The notes under the pieces are model-generated. The model worked only from the letters and a program-made list of their open reading frames with translations. It ran no database searches and was not told where the DNA came from. DNA of 64,000 bases. Origin: a bacterium. GTDB lineage: Bacteria > Patescibacteriota > Minisyncoccia > Phycocordibacterales > Phycocordibacteraceae. The DNA is taken from NCBI GenBank assembly GCA_021802705.1, contig JAJZRL010000002.1, positions 91,024-155,023 on the forward strand. The letters are read 5' to 3'. Shown here in pieces: positions 47,977 to 57,635 of the stretch. The translations under genes were made by a program, and so were the position numbers. Position 1 is the stretch's first letter; each line of letters opens with the position of its first letter.

Positions 47977-48825
47977 ATGAAATCCTACCGTCCAACTACC
48001 AAGAGCCGCCGTTTCATGACTACGCTGCCGTACCGGGAGCTTCTCTCCGGTGATGCGCCGCATAAGCCTTTGCTCTTGAAAAAGAAGCGTCAGGCCGGCC
48101 GAAACGATTTCGGACGCATCACGACACGCCACCAGGGAGGCGGACACAAGCGTCGTTTGAGGGACATCGATTTCTCTTACAACAAGAAGAACGTGCCGGC
48201 GAAGATCGAGACCGTCGAATACGATCCTTTCCGCTCCGCGTTTATCGGGCGCGCGCTTTATCGCGACGGCGAGCGCCGGTACGTCATCCTCCCGAGGGAG
48301 GTGAAGGTCGGAGACTCTTTCGTCGTTTCCGCGGATGCCCCGCTTGCTTCCGGTAATCGGCTTCCGCTCGGGAAAATTCCCGTTGGAACCTTCGTATACA
48401 ACATTGAGCTCGCGCCCGGAGCCGGCGCCGTGCTGGTCCGCTCTGCGGGCAGCGCGGCCGAAGTCGTCGCGCATGATGCCGGCTATGCTCAGATCAAGCT
48501 TCCGTCAAGCGAGATACGGAAGGTTTCCGACCTTGCGTGGGCTAGCATCGGTTCGGTCGGCAATGAGGAGTACAACCTCGTCTCTATCGGGAAAGCCGGC
48601 CGCAGCCGCTGGATGGGTATCCGTCCGACCGTTCGCGGTAACGCTATGAACCCGGTCGACCATCCTCATGGTGGCGGCGAAGGCAAACAGGGCCGCGGCT
48701 TGCGCCGTGCAAAGACGAAGTGGGGCAAGCCTTCCGGCAAGGGCCAGAAGACCCGTACGCCGAAAAAGTACAGCAATGTCTTCATCGTTTCTCGCCGCAA
48801 GGTCGGGAAACGACGCAAGGGCTGA
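47977..48825 (+). CDS. rplB: 50S ribosomal protein L2
   Basis: MKSYRPTTKSRR...GRN..GRIT.RH.GGGHKR...NPVDHPHGGGEG. Confidence 0.95.
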   Translation: MKSYRPTTKSRRFMTTLPYRELLSGDAPHKPLLLKKKRQAGRNDFGRITTRHQGGGHKRRLRDIDFSYNKKNVPAKIETVEYDPFRSAFIGRALYRDGERRYVILPREVKVGDSFVVSADAPLASGNRLPLGKIPVGTFVYNIELAPGAGAVLVRSAGSAAEVVAHDAGYAQIKLPSSEIRKVSDLAWASIGSVGNEEYNLVSIGKAGRSRWMGIRPTVRGNAMNPVDHPHGGGEGKQGRGLRRAKTKWGKPSGKGQKTRTPKKYSNVFIVSRRKVGKRRKG

Positions 48826-48850
48826 TTTTTCCATCGCTTTTTTCTTGATA

Positions 48851-48872
48851 AAGCCCGCATACGCGGGCTTTA
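48851..48872. terminator. hairpin between rplB (+) and the convergent DUF3298-like gene (-)
   Basis: aaagcccgc-atac-gcgggcttt. Confidence 0.45.
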
Positions 48873-49649
48873 TCAACGGTATTCCGGCTTCAGGATGTCC
48901 GAGAGCGTTTCCGTTTTGATGCGTAGCGTCTGCGGCCCGAGAGCGTACGGGGCGACCTGGTATGTCGGGAAAAGTATGACGAAATCGCTGTTGTCAAAAA
49001 AGAAATTCTCGAAATTCTTTTCTTCCGGCGTCGTGCCGTTCTGGATGAACTGCGTATCGGCGCCTGGACCGATGATGCCCGGCAGTTCCGAACGGCTTAT
49101 CGAAGAGAGCCGGTCGAGATACGATGCGCCCGGAAGGAAGATGTCCGCAAGCGAGAGCGCCGCGCCGGTCTTGGTATCGAACGCGAAGGTCTTGAAATAG
49201 CTGAAGGGATGCGCACCGCCCGTGTCTTCGTATATGGTGAAGATATACGACACGGTATGCGCAGACGAGCCGATGAGATACACTATCTGCAACGATCCTT
49301 TTCCATCGCTCGGCTGTGCGGGCGTACCGGCTCCATACGTATTGCTTGTAAAACCAGCCTTGAACGTACTCACGGTCCCGCCGACGAAGTTTCGCATGAG
49401 CGCAATCGCCGAATCGTTCTCGGCCGCGCCGACGCTTGCAAGAAGCGGGGTAGTCGTCGGATAGTTCGCGGCGATATCGTAAGAGCCCGTGTGCTCGCTG
49501 TAGCTTCCTGCGGAAAGAGCCGCGGTTTCCCCGCTTGTTTCCGTCTTTGCCGGCGCGGGAATCGTGCGCAGGTAAAGGATAGTCCCGATAACTATACCGG
49601 AAACGGCAAAGAGAATAAGGCCGGCTAAGAGGACGGTTCGTCGGATCAT
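48873..49649 (-). CDS. membrane-anchored DUF3298/DUF4163-like protein (RsiV/PdaC-N-domain-like), antisense insertion in the S10 cluster
   Basis: N-terminal TM (TVLLAGLILFAVSGIVIGTILYL), then the motif region ...IYEDTGGAHPFSYFKTFAFD... Confidence 0.55.
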   Translation of the reverse strand: MIRRTVLLAGLILFAVSGIVIGTILYLRTIPAPAKTETSGETAALSAGSYSEHTGSYDIAANYPTTTPLLASVGAAENDSAIALMRNFVGGTVSTFKAGFTSNTYGAGTPAQPSDGKGSLQIVYLIGSSAHTVSYIFTIYEDTGGAHPFSYFKTFAFDTKTGAALSLADIFLPGASYLDRLSSISRSELPGIIGPGADTQFIQNGTTPEEKNFENFFFDNSDFVILFPTYQVAPYALGPQTLRIKTETLSDILKPEYR

Positions 49650-49785
49650 TGGCTGTAGTGTATCAAATCCGCGTATGACGCAGCAGGTTCCGGCGGCATG
49701 CCGACAGGCCTTGTAACGCCCGCACCCGAAGAGTATTCTTTGTTCCGGAAGTGCTGTTTCGTGGATAAAACGAAAGAGGTGCCAG

Positions 49786-49998
49786 ATGAACGGGAAGAAA
49801 CTATGGCCTGCACTGCATTTCGGGCCGGTAAATCTGTGGACCGTTATGTCCGCATTGATGTTCTATTCGACGCATGACGAACAAGAGAAGATAGTGTGGC
49901 GGGAATACGACCAGGTAATTCACGCGACCCGCACGAAGGCAATCGTTCCGGACAGTCCGGCTATCGGCAGGATCGGCATGCTTATCGCCGCGCGATAG
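49786..49998 (+). CDS. small hypothetical protein (70 aa) with its own RBS and terminator
   Basis: RBS AAAGAGGTG upstream of the ATG. Followed by a strong terminator at 50007-50037. Confidence 0.4.
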   Translation: MNGKKLWPALHFGPVNLWTVMSALMFYSTHDEQEKIVWREYDQVIHATRTKAIVPDSPAIGRIGMLIAAR

Positions 49999-50006
49999 AC
50001 CCCCTA

Positions 50007-50037
50007 AAAGAGCTCCGAAAGAGCTCTTTATTTTTTT
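50007..50037 (+). terminator. intrinsic terminator after the 70-aa ORF
   Basis: aaagagctc-cgaaa-gagctcttt, then TTTTTTT. Confidence 0.65.
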
Positions 50038-50070
50038 GGAATCCTCACCTAAGCGCCGACCCTATCATTA

Positions 50071-50099
50071 TTGACTCTTCTGACAGTCTCCTGTATCTT
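50071..50099 (+). promoter_or_regulatory. sigma70-like promoter for rpsS and downstream genes (TTGACT-17 nt-TATCTT)
   Basis: Hexamers and spacing seen directly, ~40 nt upstream of the rpsS ATG. Confidence 0.5.
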
Positions 50100-50138
50100 T
50101 CAAGTATCTCGCGCTTGCGCGGGCTTTTCATTACTTAC

Positions 50139-50483
50139 ATGGCACGCTCACTCAAGAAGGGACCCTTCGTGGACGCAAAGCTCCTGAAAAAGGTCGCTGA
50201 CAAGAAACCGTCTTCAACCGGTGTTATTGCCACGTGGGCGCGCAGGAGCCAGATAAGCCCGGAAATGATAGGTTTTACGTTCGGTGTCCATAACGGCAAG
50301 CAGCATGTCGAGGTCCTCGTGTCCGAGGAGATGGTAGGGCACCGTCTCGGCGAATTTTCGCCGACGAAGAAGTTCGTCCGCCACGGCGGCAAGATGCAGA
50401 AGGAGCTCGAACAGAAAAGGCAGCAGGCTGAAATAGCCGCAGCGAAAGCCTCGAAGGAGTCTCCGGCTAAGGGTAAGAAATAA
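50139..50483 (+). CDS. rpsS: 30S ribosomal protein S19 (C-terminal Lys/Glu-rich extension)
   Basis: [12 protein letters not shown]...[10 protein letters not shown]... plus a ~25-aa tail. Confidence 0.9.
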   Translation: MARSLKKGPFVDAKLLKKVADKKPSSTGVIATWARRSQISPEMIGFTFGVHNGKQHVEVLVSEEMVGHRLGEFSPTKKFVRHGGKMQKELEQKRQQAEIAAAKASKESPAKGKK

Positions 50484-50494
50484 TCGATACGACC

Positions 50495-50824
50495 ATGGCC
50501 CGCGCAACGCTCAAGAGTCATAACCAGTCGCCACGCAAGATCCGTCTTGTCGCGAATCTCGTGAAAGGGAAACCGGTTCCCGCTGCGCTCGCTGCGCTCC
50601 AGTTTCTTCCCAACCGCGCCGCCTACCCGGTCGCGAAGCTCATCAAGAGCGCCGCGGCGAATGCGGGCGCGCAGGGGAAGAAGCCGGAAGAGCTGGTCGT
50701 GCGGTCGGTCATCGTAGAGAGCGCGGGAATGCTGAAACGGTACATGCCGCGCGCTTTCGGCCGGGCTTCGCTCCTTCGCCATCGGAAGAGCCGCGTGAAG
50801 GTAACGCTCGCACCGCTTGTATGA
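50495..50824 (+). CDS. rplV: 50S ribosomal protein L22
   Basis: 109 aa with L22-like sequence. Confidence 0.9.
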   Translation: MARATLKSHNQSPRKIRLVANLVKGKPVPAALAALQFLPNRAAYPVAKLIKSAAANAGAQGKKPEELVVRSVIVESAGMLKRYMPRAFGRASLLRHRKSRVKVTLAPLV

Positions 50825-51525
50825 CGCACACCGTACATCCCTACGCGCACCGTCTCGGCATCATCCGGGACTGGAAGAGCCGCTGGTTCGCGAGCGACAA
50901 GAAGAAGTATCGTGAAAATATAAAAATAGACGAAACCATACGACGCTTCCTCGCCAAGCGCTTGCGCGGCACCTACACGAGTGGCATAGAGATCGAGCGC
51001 TCGGAGAACGAGCTGCGCGTCATCCTTTCGACGGCGCGTCCCGGCCTTGTGATAGGCCGTTCCGGCGAGAATGCTGCGAAGCTGCGCAAAGAGCTTTCCG
51101 AGGTGATACATCACGTGGCGCCGAGCGACCGGCGCGCGCTCAAATTCGACATCATAGAAGTACGTCAGCCGGAAACGGACGCTGCCGTGGTCGCCTACAT
51201 GGTTATCGAAGGTCTCGAGAAGAGAATGCCGTTCCGGCGCGTTCTGAAGCAGACGGTCGAGAAAGTCATTGCGGTGCGCGAGGTCGAGGGCGTACGCATC
51301 ACCATTTCCGGACGGCTCGGCGGTGCAGAGATGAGCCGCAAGGAAGAGATCAAGAAAGGCCGGATTCCGCTCCAGACGTTCCGTGCCGATATTGATTTCG
51401 CGCACGACGAAGCGCATCTGCCGTACGGCGTTATCGGCGTGAAGGTCTGGATATACCGCGGCAACGTGTATCAGGACAAGAAGGCTCATTCGCGCTCGAT
51501 TCCGGGAGAACCGGCGCTCGGCTAA
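50821..51525 (+). CDS. rpsC: 30S ribosomal protein S3
   Basis: 234 aa; N-terminus MTHTVHPYAHRLG with a KH-like domain. Confidence 0.9.
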   Translation: MTHTVHPYAHRLGIIRDWKSRWFASDKKKYRENIKIDETIRRFLAKRLRGTYTSGIEIERSENELRVILSTARPGLVIGRSGENAAKLRKELSEVIHHVAPSDRRALKFDIIEVRQPETDAAVVAYMVIEGLEKRMPFRRVLKQTVEKVIAVREVEGVRITISGRLGGAEMSRKEEIKKGRIPLQTFRADIDFAHDEAHLPYGVIGVKVWIYRGNVYQDKKAHSRSIPGEPALG

Positions 51526-51534
51526 CTTATTACC

Positions 51535-51957
51535 ATGCTTTTTCCGAAGAAAGTAAAACACCGCAAGTGGCAGACGCAGCGCAAGAGCGAGAAGCGCCTC
51601 GCGCGTCCCGATACCCGCGGGACCGATGTCGTGTTCGGCGCGCTTGGGCTCAAGGCGTTGACGCACGCGCGCATGACGAGCAATCAGATCGAGGCGGCTC
51701 GCAAGGTGCTCACACGCGCGACGGCAAAGACCGGCAAGCTCTGGATACGCGTCTTTCCTGACAGGCCGGTAACCGCGAAGCCTGCCGAAGTAGGCATGGG
51801 CAGCGGCAAGGGCGACCCGAAGCACTACGTATTCGAAGTGCGTCCGGGACGTATACTTTTTGAAATCGATGGCGTTGCCGAAGGCGTCGCTCGCGCCCAT
51901 CTTCGCCAGGCTGGCATGAAACTGCCCGTCAAGACCTCGATCGTCGTGCGCCACTAA
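51535..51957 (+). CDS. rplP: 50S ribosomal protein L16
   Basis: [11 protein letters not shown]...[15 protein letters not shown]. Confidence 0.92.
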   Translation: MLFPKKVKHRKWQTQRKSEKRLARPDTRGTDVVFGALGLKALTHARMTSNQIEAARKVLTRATAKTGKLWIRVFPDRPVTAKPAEVGMGSGKGDPKHYVFEVRPGRILFEIDGVAEGVARAHLRQAGMKLPVKTSIVVRH

Positions 51958-51980
51958 AACATTGCTTTTTCATCGCTTTT

Positions 51981-52202
51981 ATGACAAAAAGAAATACCAT
52001 GACGACCTTGACGGACCAGGAGCTCGGTAAGCTCCTTGAGGAAACGCGCGAGCATCTGCGTACGGAGCGCTTTGCCGCTTCTGGTGCGCGCCCTAAGGAT
52101 TCGAGCGCACCTAAGAAATTGCGTGCCACGCTCGCGCGCGTGCTTACGGAGCAGCATGCGCGCCTGACGCGTGCCAAGAGCGAAGAGGTTCATGCAGAGT
52201 AA
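51981..52202 (+). CDS. rpmC: 50S ribosomal protein L29 (start could be the second ATG at 51999)
   Basis: ...LTDQELGKLLEETREHLRTERF... Confidence 0.8.
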   Translation: MTKRNTMTTLTDQELGKLLEETREHLRTERFAASGARPKDSSAPKKLRATLARVLTEQHARLTRAKSEEVHAE

Positions 52203-52206
52203 TGCT

Positions 52207-52500
52207 ATGGAACACAGCACCCCTCGTCCGCAATCGTTCACTGGCGTCGTCGTAAAGACGGCGATGAAAGACACGGCTACCGTCCGGGTCGACCGCTTCG
52301 TGAAGCATCCGAAGTACAAAAAATACCTCGTGCGCTCGAAGAAGTACCTTGCGCACGATCCCGGCAATACGGCACAGGTTGGCGACAAGGTCACCATTAT
52401 CGCGTCACGTCCGATTTCCAAACTGAAGCGGTTTATCATCGCTTCCCTTAAGGGAACGCCGGTTTCTGGCCGAGATTCCGCCGAGACCGAGAAAAACTAA
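52207..52500 (+). CDS. rpsQ: 30S ribosomal protein S17
   Basis: FTGVVVKTAMKDTATVRVDRFVKHPKYKKY. Start trimmed to MEHST. Confidence 0.85.
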   Translation: MEHSTPRPQSFTGVVVKTAMKDTATVRVDRFVKHPKYKKYLVRSKKYLAHDPGNTAQVGDKVTIIASRPISKLKRFIIASLKGTPVSGRDSAETEKN

Positions 52501-52501
52501 C

Positions 52502-52879
52502 ATGCTACAACCCCGATCCATCGTTACTGTTGCAGATAATTCCGGCGGAAAAATCGCTCGGATATTCAAGATACTCGGAGGAAGCCACCGCCGCTATGCG
52601 CGCATCGGCGACGTCGTCGTCGTTTCCATACAGACGGCCGAACCGCGCAAGGCGGTGAAAAAGAAGGATATCTGCCGGGCCGTTATCGTGCGGCAGGTCA
52701 AGCCTTTCGCGCGGAAGGACGGGTCGTATGTGCGTTTCGATGAGAATGCGGTCGTCCTTATCGAGAAGCAGGGCAAGGAGATGGGTCCGAAAGGGAACCG
52801 CATCTTCGGCCCGGTGCCGCGCGAGCTTTCCGAACGGGGCTGGCACGCCATCGTGTCGCTCGCGCCTGATGTCGTCTAA
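52502..52879 (+). CDS. rplN: 50S ribosomal protein L14
   Basis: [17 protein letters not shown]... Confidence 0.95.
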   Translation: MLQPRSIVTVADNSGGKIARIFKILGGSHRRYARIGDVVVVSIQTAEPRKAVKKKDICRAVIVRQVKPFARKDGSYVRFDENAVVLIEKQGKEMGPKGNRIFGPVPRELSERGWHAIVSLAPDVV

Positions 52880-52890
52880 TTTCTAGAGGT

Positions 52891-53109
52891 ATGCGAATTA
52901 AAAAAGGAGACAAGGTGAAGGTCATTTCCGGCAAAGACAAAGGGACGGTCGGCGTCGTTTTGCGCGCGTTCCCTAAAGAAGATAGGGTTCTCGTCGAAGG
53001 TGTCGCTATCGCGAAACGCCACCGCAAAGGCCGCTCGGGAGAGACCGGCCGCATCGTCGAATCCCCGCAGCCGATCCATGTCTCGAATGTCGCGCACGTC
53101 GAAAAATAA
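52891..53109 (+). CDS. rplX: 50S ribosomal protein L24 (short form, 72 aa; KOW domain)
   Basis: [21 protein letters not shown]. Confidence 0.85.
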   Translation: MRIKKGDKVKVISGKDKGTVGVVLRAFPKEDRVLVEGVAIAKRHRKGRSGETGRIVESPQPIHVSNVAHVEK

Positions 53110-53124
53110 ATTCCCACACACTTT

Positions 53125-53676
53125 ATGTCCATAACCAAACAAAGACAGCAGACGGCCTATCTCGCGCTCGCGGAGGCTTTTTCCTATACGAGTCCTATGC
53201 AGGGACCCCGTATCAGCAAGGTCATCGTTTCTTCCGGTATCGGTAAGAAACGCGATAAGAAGCAGGTCGAGCTTATCGAAGACCGCCTCGCGAAGATAAC
53301 CGGACAGAAGCCTTCTTTGCGGCCGGCACGTCTTTCGATCGCGTCCTTCAAGGTACGCGAAGGCGATCCTGTCGGTCTCCAGGTGACGCTCCGCGGAGCC
53401 CGCATGTATGATTTCCTCGACAAGCTCATCCATATCGCGTTGCCGCGCGCGCGAGATTTCCGGGGTATTCCGGCGACTGCCATCGACGACATGGGCAATA
53501 TCACTATCGGTATCAAAGAGCATACGATTTTCCCGGAAACCAACGACGAGGATCTGAAAGACGTCTTCGGTTTTGCCGTAACCGTCGTTACGACCGCTTC
53601 GACGAAGGCCGAGGCCGAGGCGTTTTTGCGGCATATCGGCGTCCCGCTTATCGTTGACTCCGGCGTAAAACGCTGA
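53125..53676 (+). CDS. rplE: 50S ribosomal protein L5
   Basis: 183 aa with L5-like sequence. Confidence 0.9.
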   Translation: MSITKQRQQTAYLALAEAFSYTSPMQGPRISKVIVSSGIGKKRDKKQVELIEDRLAKITGQKPSLRPARLSIASFKVREGDPVGLQVTLRGARMYDFLDKLIHIALPRARDFRGIPATAIDDMGNITIGIKEHTIFPETNDEDLKDVFGFAVTVVTTASTKAEAEAFLRHIGVPLIVDSGVKR

Positions 53677-53712
53677 TATTCTGAACTGACGCTCCTCGGA
53701 GCTTTATTTTTT

Positions 53713-53982
53713 ATGGCAAAGAAATCTCAACTGGCGCGGTATGCCAAGAAGGAAGCGCTCGTAAAGAAGTACGCGGCCAAGCGTGCGGCTCTTAAGGCTG
53801 CGGGAGATTTTGACGCGCTGCAGAAGCTTCCGAGGAACTCGTCGCCGGTCCGACTCAAGAACCGCTGCGCGATTTCCGGCCGCTCGCGAGGCTACATGCG
53901 CCTTTTCGGGCTTTCGCGCATCCAGTTCCGCGAGCTTGCAAGGGAAGGGAGGATACCCGGAGTAAAAAAGGCATCATGGTAA
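53713..53982 (+). CDS. rpsN: 30S ribosomal protein S14 (89 aa)
   Basis: ...[43 protein letters not shown]. Confidence 0.88.
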   Translation: MAKKSQLARYAKKEALVKKYAAKRAALKAAGDFDALQKLPRNSSPVRLKNRCAISGRSRGYMRLFGLSRIQFRELAREGRIPGVKKASW

Positions 53983-54380
53983 GCGACCGCATCGGCGATT
54001 TCATCATCCGTCTCCAGAATGCCGCCCGTATCGGCAAGCATGAGGCGGAAGTCCCTCACTCCCTCTTCCTTCTTGCTATCGCGAAGAAGCTCAAGGAGCT
54101 CGGGTTTCTTTCCGATGTCGAGGTGCGAGATGATGATACGAGTGGTGTAAAGAAGACGATTGTCGTGACGCTCGCATATGACGCGCGCGGGCAGGCGAAG
54201 CTGCGCGGCGTGAAGCGCGTGAGCAAGCCCGGTCGCCGGCTCTACATACCTCACACGGCCGCGCACAAGGTGAAGGGAGGCACGGGCGTCCGCATCATCT
54301 CGTCCCCGATCGGCATCGTCTCGGATAGGGATGCGCGCAAGAGCCATGTCGGCGGCGAGGATCTTTTTGAAATCTGGTAA
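53976..54380 (+). CDS. rpsH: 30S ribosomal protein S8
   Basis: [16 protein letters not shown]... Confidence 0.92.
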   Translation: MVSDRIGDFIIRLQNAARIGKHEAEVPHSLFLLAIAKKLKELGFLSDVEVRDDDTSGVKKTIVVTLAYDARGQAKLRGVKRVSKPGRRLYIPHTAAHKVKGGTGVRIISSPIGIVSDRDARKSHVGGEDLFEIW

Positions 54381-54393
54381 GGTACGATACGCT

Positions 54394-54924
54394 ATGAGCC
54401 GTCTTGCAAAAAAACCGATCGTCGTAGGGAAAACCATCGTGAGCATGGAAGACTCGACGCTTTCCGTAAAGGGGACCAAGGGCACGCTTACCAAGCAGGT
54501 GCATCCCTCCGTCTCCATAATCGTGGGCGAGAACGGGGTCATGGTCGCTCCGAAAGACCGTTCACGCCTCGCAAAGGCGCTTACGGGAACATTCGCCTCG
54601 CACGTGAAGAACATGATTGCCGGCGTCGAACAGCCGTACATGAAGAAGCTCATACTCGAGGGTGTCGGCTATCGTGTCGAGGTCAAGGGGAATGAGATCG
54701 TGCTGACCGTCGGATTCTCCCACACGGTCGCTCTCAAGATACCGGACGGCATTACGGCCTCGGTCGAAAAAAACCTCATCAAAATAGAAGGTATCGACAA
54801 AGAAACGGTCGGCCAGTTCGCAGCGAACATACGCCGCGTGAAGCCGCCGGAACCGTACCTTGGCAAAGGTATCCGTTACGAAGGCGAAGTCATACGTCGC
54901 AAACAGGGCAAGAAAGCAGTATAA
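54394..54924 (+). CDS. rplF: 50S ribosomal protein L6
   Basis: MSRLAKKPIVV...; two-domain L6. Start trimmed. Confidence 0.9.
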   Translation: MSRLAKKPIVVGKTIVSMEDSTLSVKGTKGTLTKQVHPSVSIIVGENGVMVAPKDRSRLAKALTGTFASHVKNMIAGVEQPYMKKLILEGVGYRVEVKGNEIVLTVGFSHTVALKIPDGITASVEKNLIKIEGIDKETVGQFAANIRRVKPPEPYLGKGIRYEGEVIRRKQGKKAV

Positions 54925-54931
54925 CCATCCT

Positions 54932-55282
54932 ATGAACCGCACATCAAAAACAAAAGCCGAGTCGAGGAGCCGACGCCACGCACGCATACGCTCCCGCGTA
55001 AGCGGGACGTCGTCCCGTCCGCGCCTTGCCGTCTACAAGAGCAACCGTTTCGTTTCGGTACAGCTTATCGACGATACGGCCGGGAAGACGCTTGCAGCGG
55101 CTCATGGCCGCAAGTTTCCCGGATCGCAATCCGTACAGGCGAGAGCGGTCGGCGAAGCGATAGCGAAAGCGGCAAAGGCTATCGGTATCACCTCGATCGT
55201 CTTCGATCGGGGCGGCTATCGTTATGGCGGCCAGATCAAGACGCTTGCGGATGTCGCACGCGAAGAAGGGCTTGTCTTTTAA
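54932..55282 (+). CDS. rplR: 50S ribosomal protein L18
   Basis: ...RPRLAVYKSNRFVSVQLIDD... Start trimmed to MNRTSK. Confidence 0.88.
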   Translation: MNRTSKTKAESRSRRHARIRSRVSGTSSRPRLAVYKSNRFVSVQLIDDTAGKTLAAAHGRKFPGSQSVQARAVGEAIAKAAKAIGITSIVFDRGGYRYGGQIKTLADVAREEGLVF

Positions 55283-55289
55283 ATAAAAT

Positions 55290-55883
55290 ATGAGCACGAT
55301 ACCGGAACAGGATACGATAGGAGCAGAAAAGGATGTTGCCGTGGCAGCAGTTCCTACGGCAACGCCGGCTCCTCGCGCCGAGCGCGCGCGGGGATCGTTG
55401 CGCGGCCGCTCGCCGCGCATGGGTGCGCGCAACCGGCCGCCGCGCGAGCGCGGAGAGTTCGATCAGGTTACGATCGATGCGCGCCGCGTCGCGCGCGTGA
55501 TGGCCGGCGGCCGGCGTTTCAGTTTCAGCATCGTCGTCGTCATCGGAGACAAGAACGGCCGTGTCGGCGTCGGTCTCGGGAAAGGGGCCGATACGGCACT
55601 CGCCATCGATAAGGCGACGCGCGATGCGAAGAAACATCTCATCACTATCATCCGCACCGCTTCGGGATCTATCCCGCACCAGACGAAAGCGAAGTACGCT
55701 TCTTCTCTCGTCGAGATCATCCCTTCTCCGGGTCGCGGTCTTGTCGCCGGCTCAGCCATGCGTACGGTGCTCTCTTTGGGAGGCATTACCGACGTCGTGA
55801 CGAAAATCCACACGCGCTCGAAAAACAAGCTCACCATCGCCCGGGCGACCGTCAATGCCCTCCGCGCGCTGCGTGCCGAATAA
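55290..55883 (+). CDS. rpsE: 30S ribosomal protein S5 (N-terminal extension)
   Basis: RVARVMAGGRRFSFSIVVVIGDKNGRVGVGLGKG. Confidence 0.9.
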   Translation: MSTIPEQDTIGAEKDVAVAAVPTATPAPRAERARGSLRGRSPRMGARNRPPRERGEFDQVTIDARRVARVMAGGRRFSFSIVVVIGDKNGRVGVGLGKGADTALAIDKATRDAKKHLITIIRTASGSIPHQTKAKYASSLVEIIPSPGRGLVAGSAMRTVLSLGGITDVVTKIHTRSKNKLTIARATVNALRALRAE

Positions 55884-55893
55884 CCTTCATACC

Positions 55894-56346
55894 ATGCAAT
55901 TCCACCTCCTTACTCCACACACGAAACGTCATAAGCCTGCTCCGGTCGGCCGCGGCGGGAAACGCGGCAAGACAAGCGGCCGCGGCGGGAAAGGGCAGAC
56001 GGCTCGCGCCGGACACAAGATCCGTCCCGAAGTGCGAGACCTCATAAAGAAGCTCCCGAAACGTCGCGGGCACGGAAAGAACCGTTCGCGTACGGTTCGG
56101 ACAAACCGTATTCCTTTTACCGTCGTGAACCTTGCCGCGCTTGAGACGGCCTACGCTGCCGGCGAAACGGTTTCTTCCGCGACCCTTCTTTCAAAAGGGC
56201 TCGTCCGACGCGCGAATGGCCGCGTCCCGTCGGTGAAGATACTCGGAACGGGTTCGCTCACGAAGTCTTTGGCTATAAAAGGCTGCGTGCTTTCCGCAAC
56301 GGCGCGCACCGCGATCCTCGCCGCTCACGGGACAATCAATGATTAA
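55894..56346 (+). CDS. rplO: 50S ribosomal protein L15 (directly after rpsE; no L30 gene in the 10-nt gap)
   Basis: MQFHLLTPHTKRHKPAPVGRGGKRGKTSGRGGKGQ. Confidence 0.9.
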   Translation: MQFHLLTPHTKRHKPAPVGRGGKRGKTSGRGGKGQTARAGHKIRPEVRDLIKKLPKRRGHGKNRSRTVRTNRIPFTVVNLAALETAYAAGETVSSATLLSKGLVRRANGRVPSVKILGTGSLTKSLAIKGCVLSATARTAILAAHGTIND

Positions 56347-57613
56347 CTCCTTCTTCCATAAGCTCAAGCTCGCTTTCGGTGATTCGGAGATACGGAGACG
56401 CATCCTTTTCCTTGCCGGCGCGCTCGTGCTTTTCCGCCTCCTCGCTTCGATACCGATACCGGGCGTCGACAAGACCGCACTCGCATCATTTTTCGCGAAC
56501 AATCAGTTCTTCGGCCTTTTGAATATCTTTTCGGGCGGCGGTCTCTCGCAGCTCTCGGTCGTCATGCTCGGCGTCGGTCCGTACATCACCGCTTCGATAA
56601 TCATGCAGCTCGGTACGATCATCTTCCCGCAGGTAAAACAGGCTTATTTCGAGGAAGGGGAAATCGGTCGCGCGAAGTTTATCGAATGGAGCCGTCTCCT
56701 CACCGTTCCGATCGCGGTCTTGCAGGCCGTCGGCTTCCTGTTCCTGCTTGAAAGCCAGGGCGTCATAGCGCACTTAAGCTCGGTAGCGCTTGTCGCGAAT
56801 ATCGCGCTCGTCGCGGGCGGTTCCATGCTCCTCATGTGGATCGGAGAGCTCGTTACCGAATTCGGCATCGGCAACGGCGTATCGCTCATCATCCTTGCCG
56901 GCATACTGTCGCGGCTCCCGTCCGGCATTTCCGAAACGCTTTTCTCCGCTTCCATGGCGAACATCCCGAGTTACGTCGCGTTTCTCGGGCTCGGTCTCCT
57001 CATGATTTATGCGGTCGTCGTCGTTTCCGACGCCGAACGCTCGATACCGATCGCGTACGCTCGCGCGGTACGCACCGCGGCGCTCTCGCAGGGCGCAGCG
57101 ACCTATCTTCCGATACGGCTCCTGCAGGCGGGCGTGATACCCATCATCTTCGCCCTCTCTCTCCTGCTCCTCCCGCAAATGGCGCTCTCGATGCTCGCAG
57201 CGACCCATATCTCTTTTGCGGCGGGCGCATCGCTCTGGTACACCGCCTTCCTCTCGAACCCGTGGGAGTACGGCGCGGTGTATTTCATATTTGTCGTGCT
57301 CTTCACCTACTTCTACACCGCCGTTACGTTTGAGCCGCATCGTGTCGCCGAAGATCTCCAGAAGACGGGAGCCTTCATTCCGGGGGTGCGTCCCGGACGC
57401 GAAACCGAAGAGTATATCGGCAACGTCGTAAACCGGGTCACGCTTCCAGGCGCCGCCTTTCTCGGCCTTCTCGCCGTCGCTCCTTCCATCGTTCAAGGCC
57501 TTACCGGCGTTACGACGCTCGTGCTTGGCGGTACGGCGCTCCTTATCGCGGTGCAGGTGACGCTCGACCTCGCCCAGAAGATAGATGCCCAGGTATCGCT
57601 TCGGGAATACTAG
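56339..57613 (+). CDS. secY: preprotein translocase subunit SecY
   Basis: 424-aa polytopic protein with SecY-like sequence. The 355-aa antisense ORF is rejected. Confidence 0.95.
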   Translation: MINSFFHKLKLAFGDSEIRRRILFLAGALVLFRLLASIPIPGVDKTALASFFANNQFFGLLNIFSGGGLSQLSVVMLGVGPYITASIIMQLGTIIFPQVKQAYFEEGEIGRAKFIEWSRLLTVPIAVLQAVGFLFLLESQGVIAHLSSVALVANIALVAGGSMLLMWIGELVTEFGIGNGVSLIILAGILSRLPSGISETLFSASMANIPSYVAFLGLGLLMIYAVVVVSDAERSIPIAYARAVRTAALSQGAATYLPIRLLQAGVIPIIFALSLLLLPQMALSMLAATHISFAAGASLWYTAFLSNPWEYGAVYFIFVVLFTYFYTAVTFEPHRVAEDLQKTGAFIPGVRPGRETEEYIGNVVNRVTLPGAAFLGLLAVAPSIVQGLTGVTTLVLGGTALLIAVQVTLDLAQKIDAQVSLREY

Positions 57614-57635
57614 CGAGAGATGATAGACTACGGCA

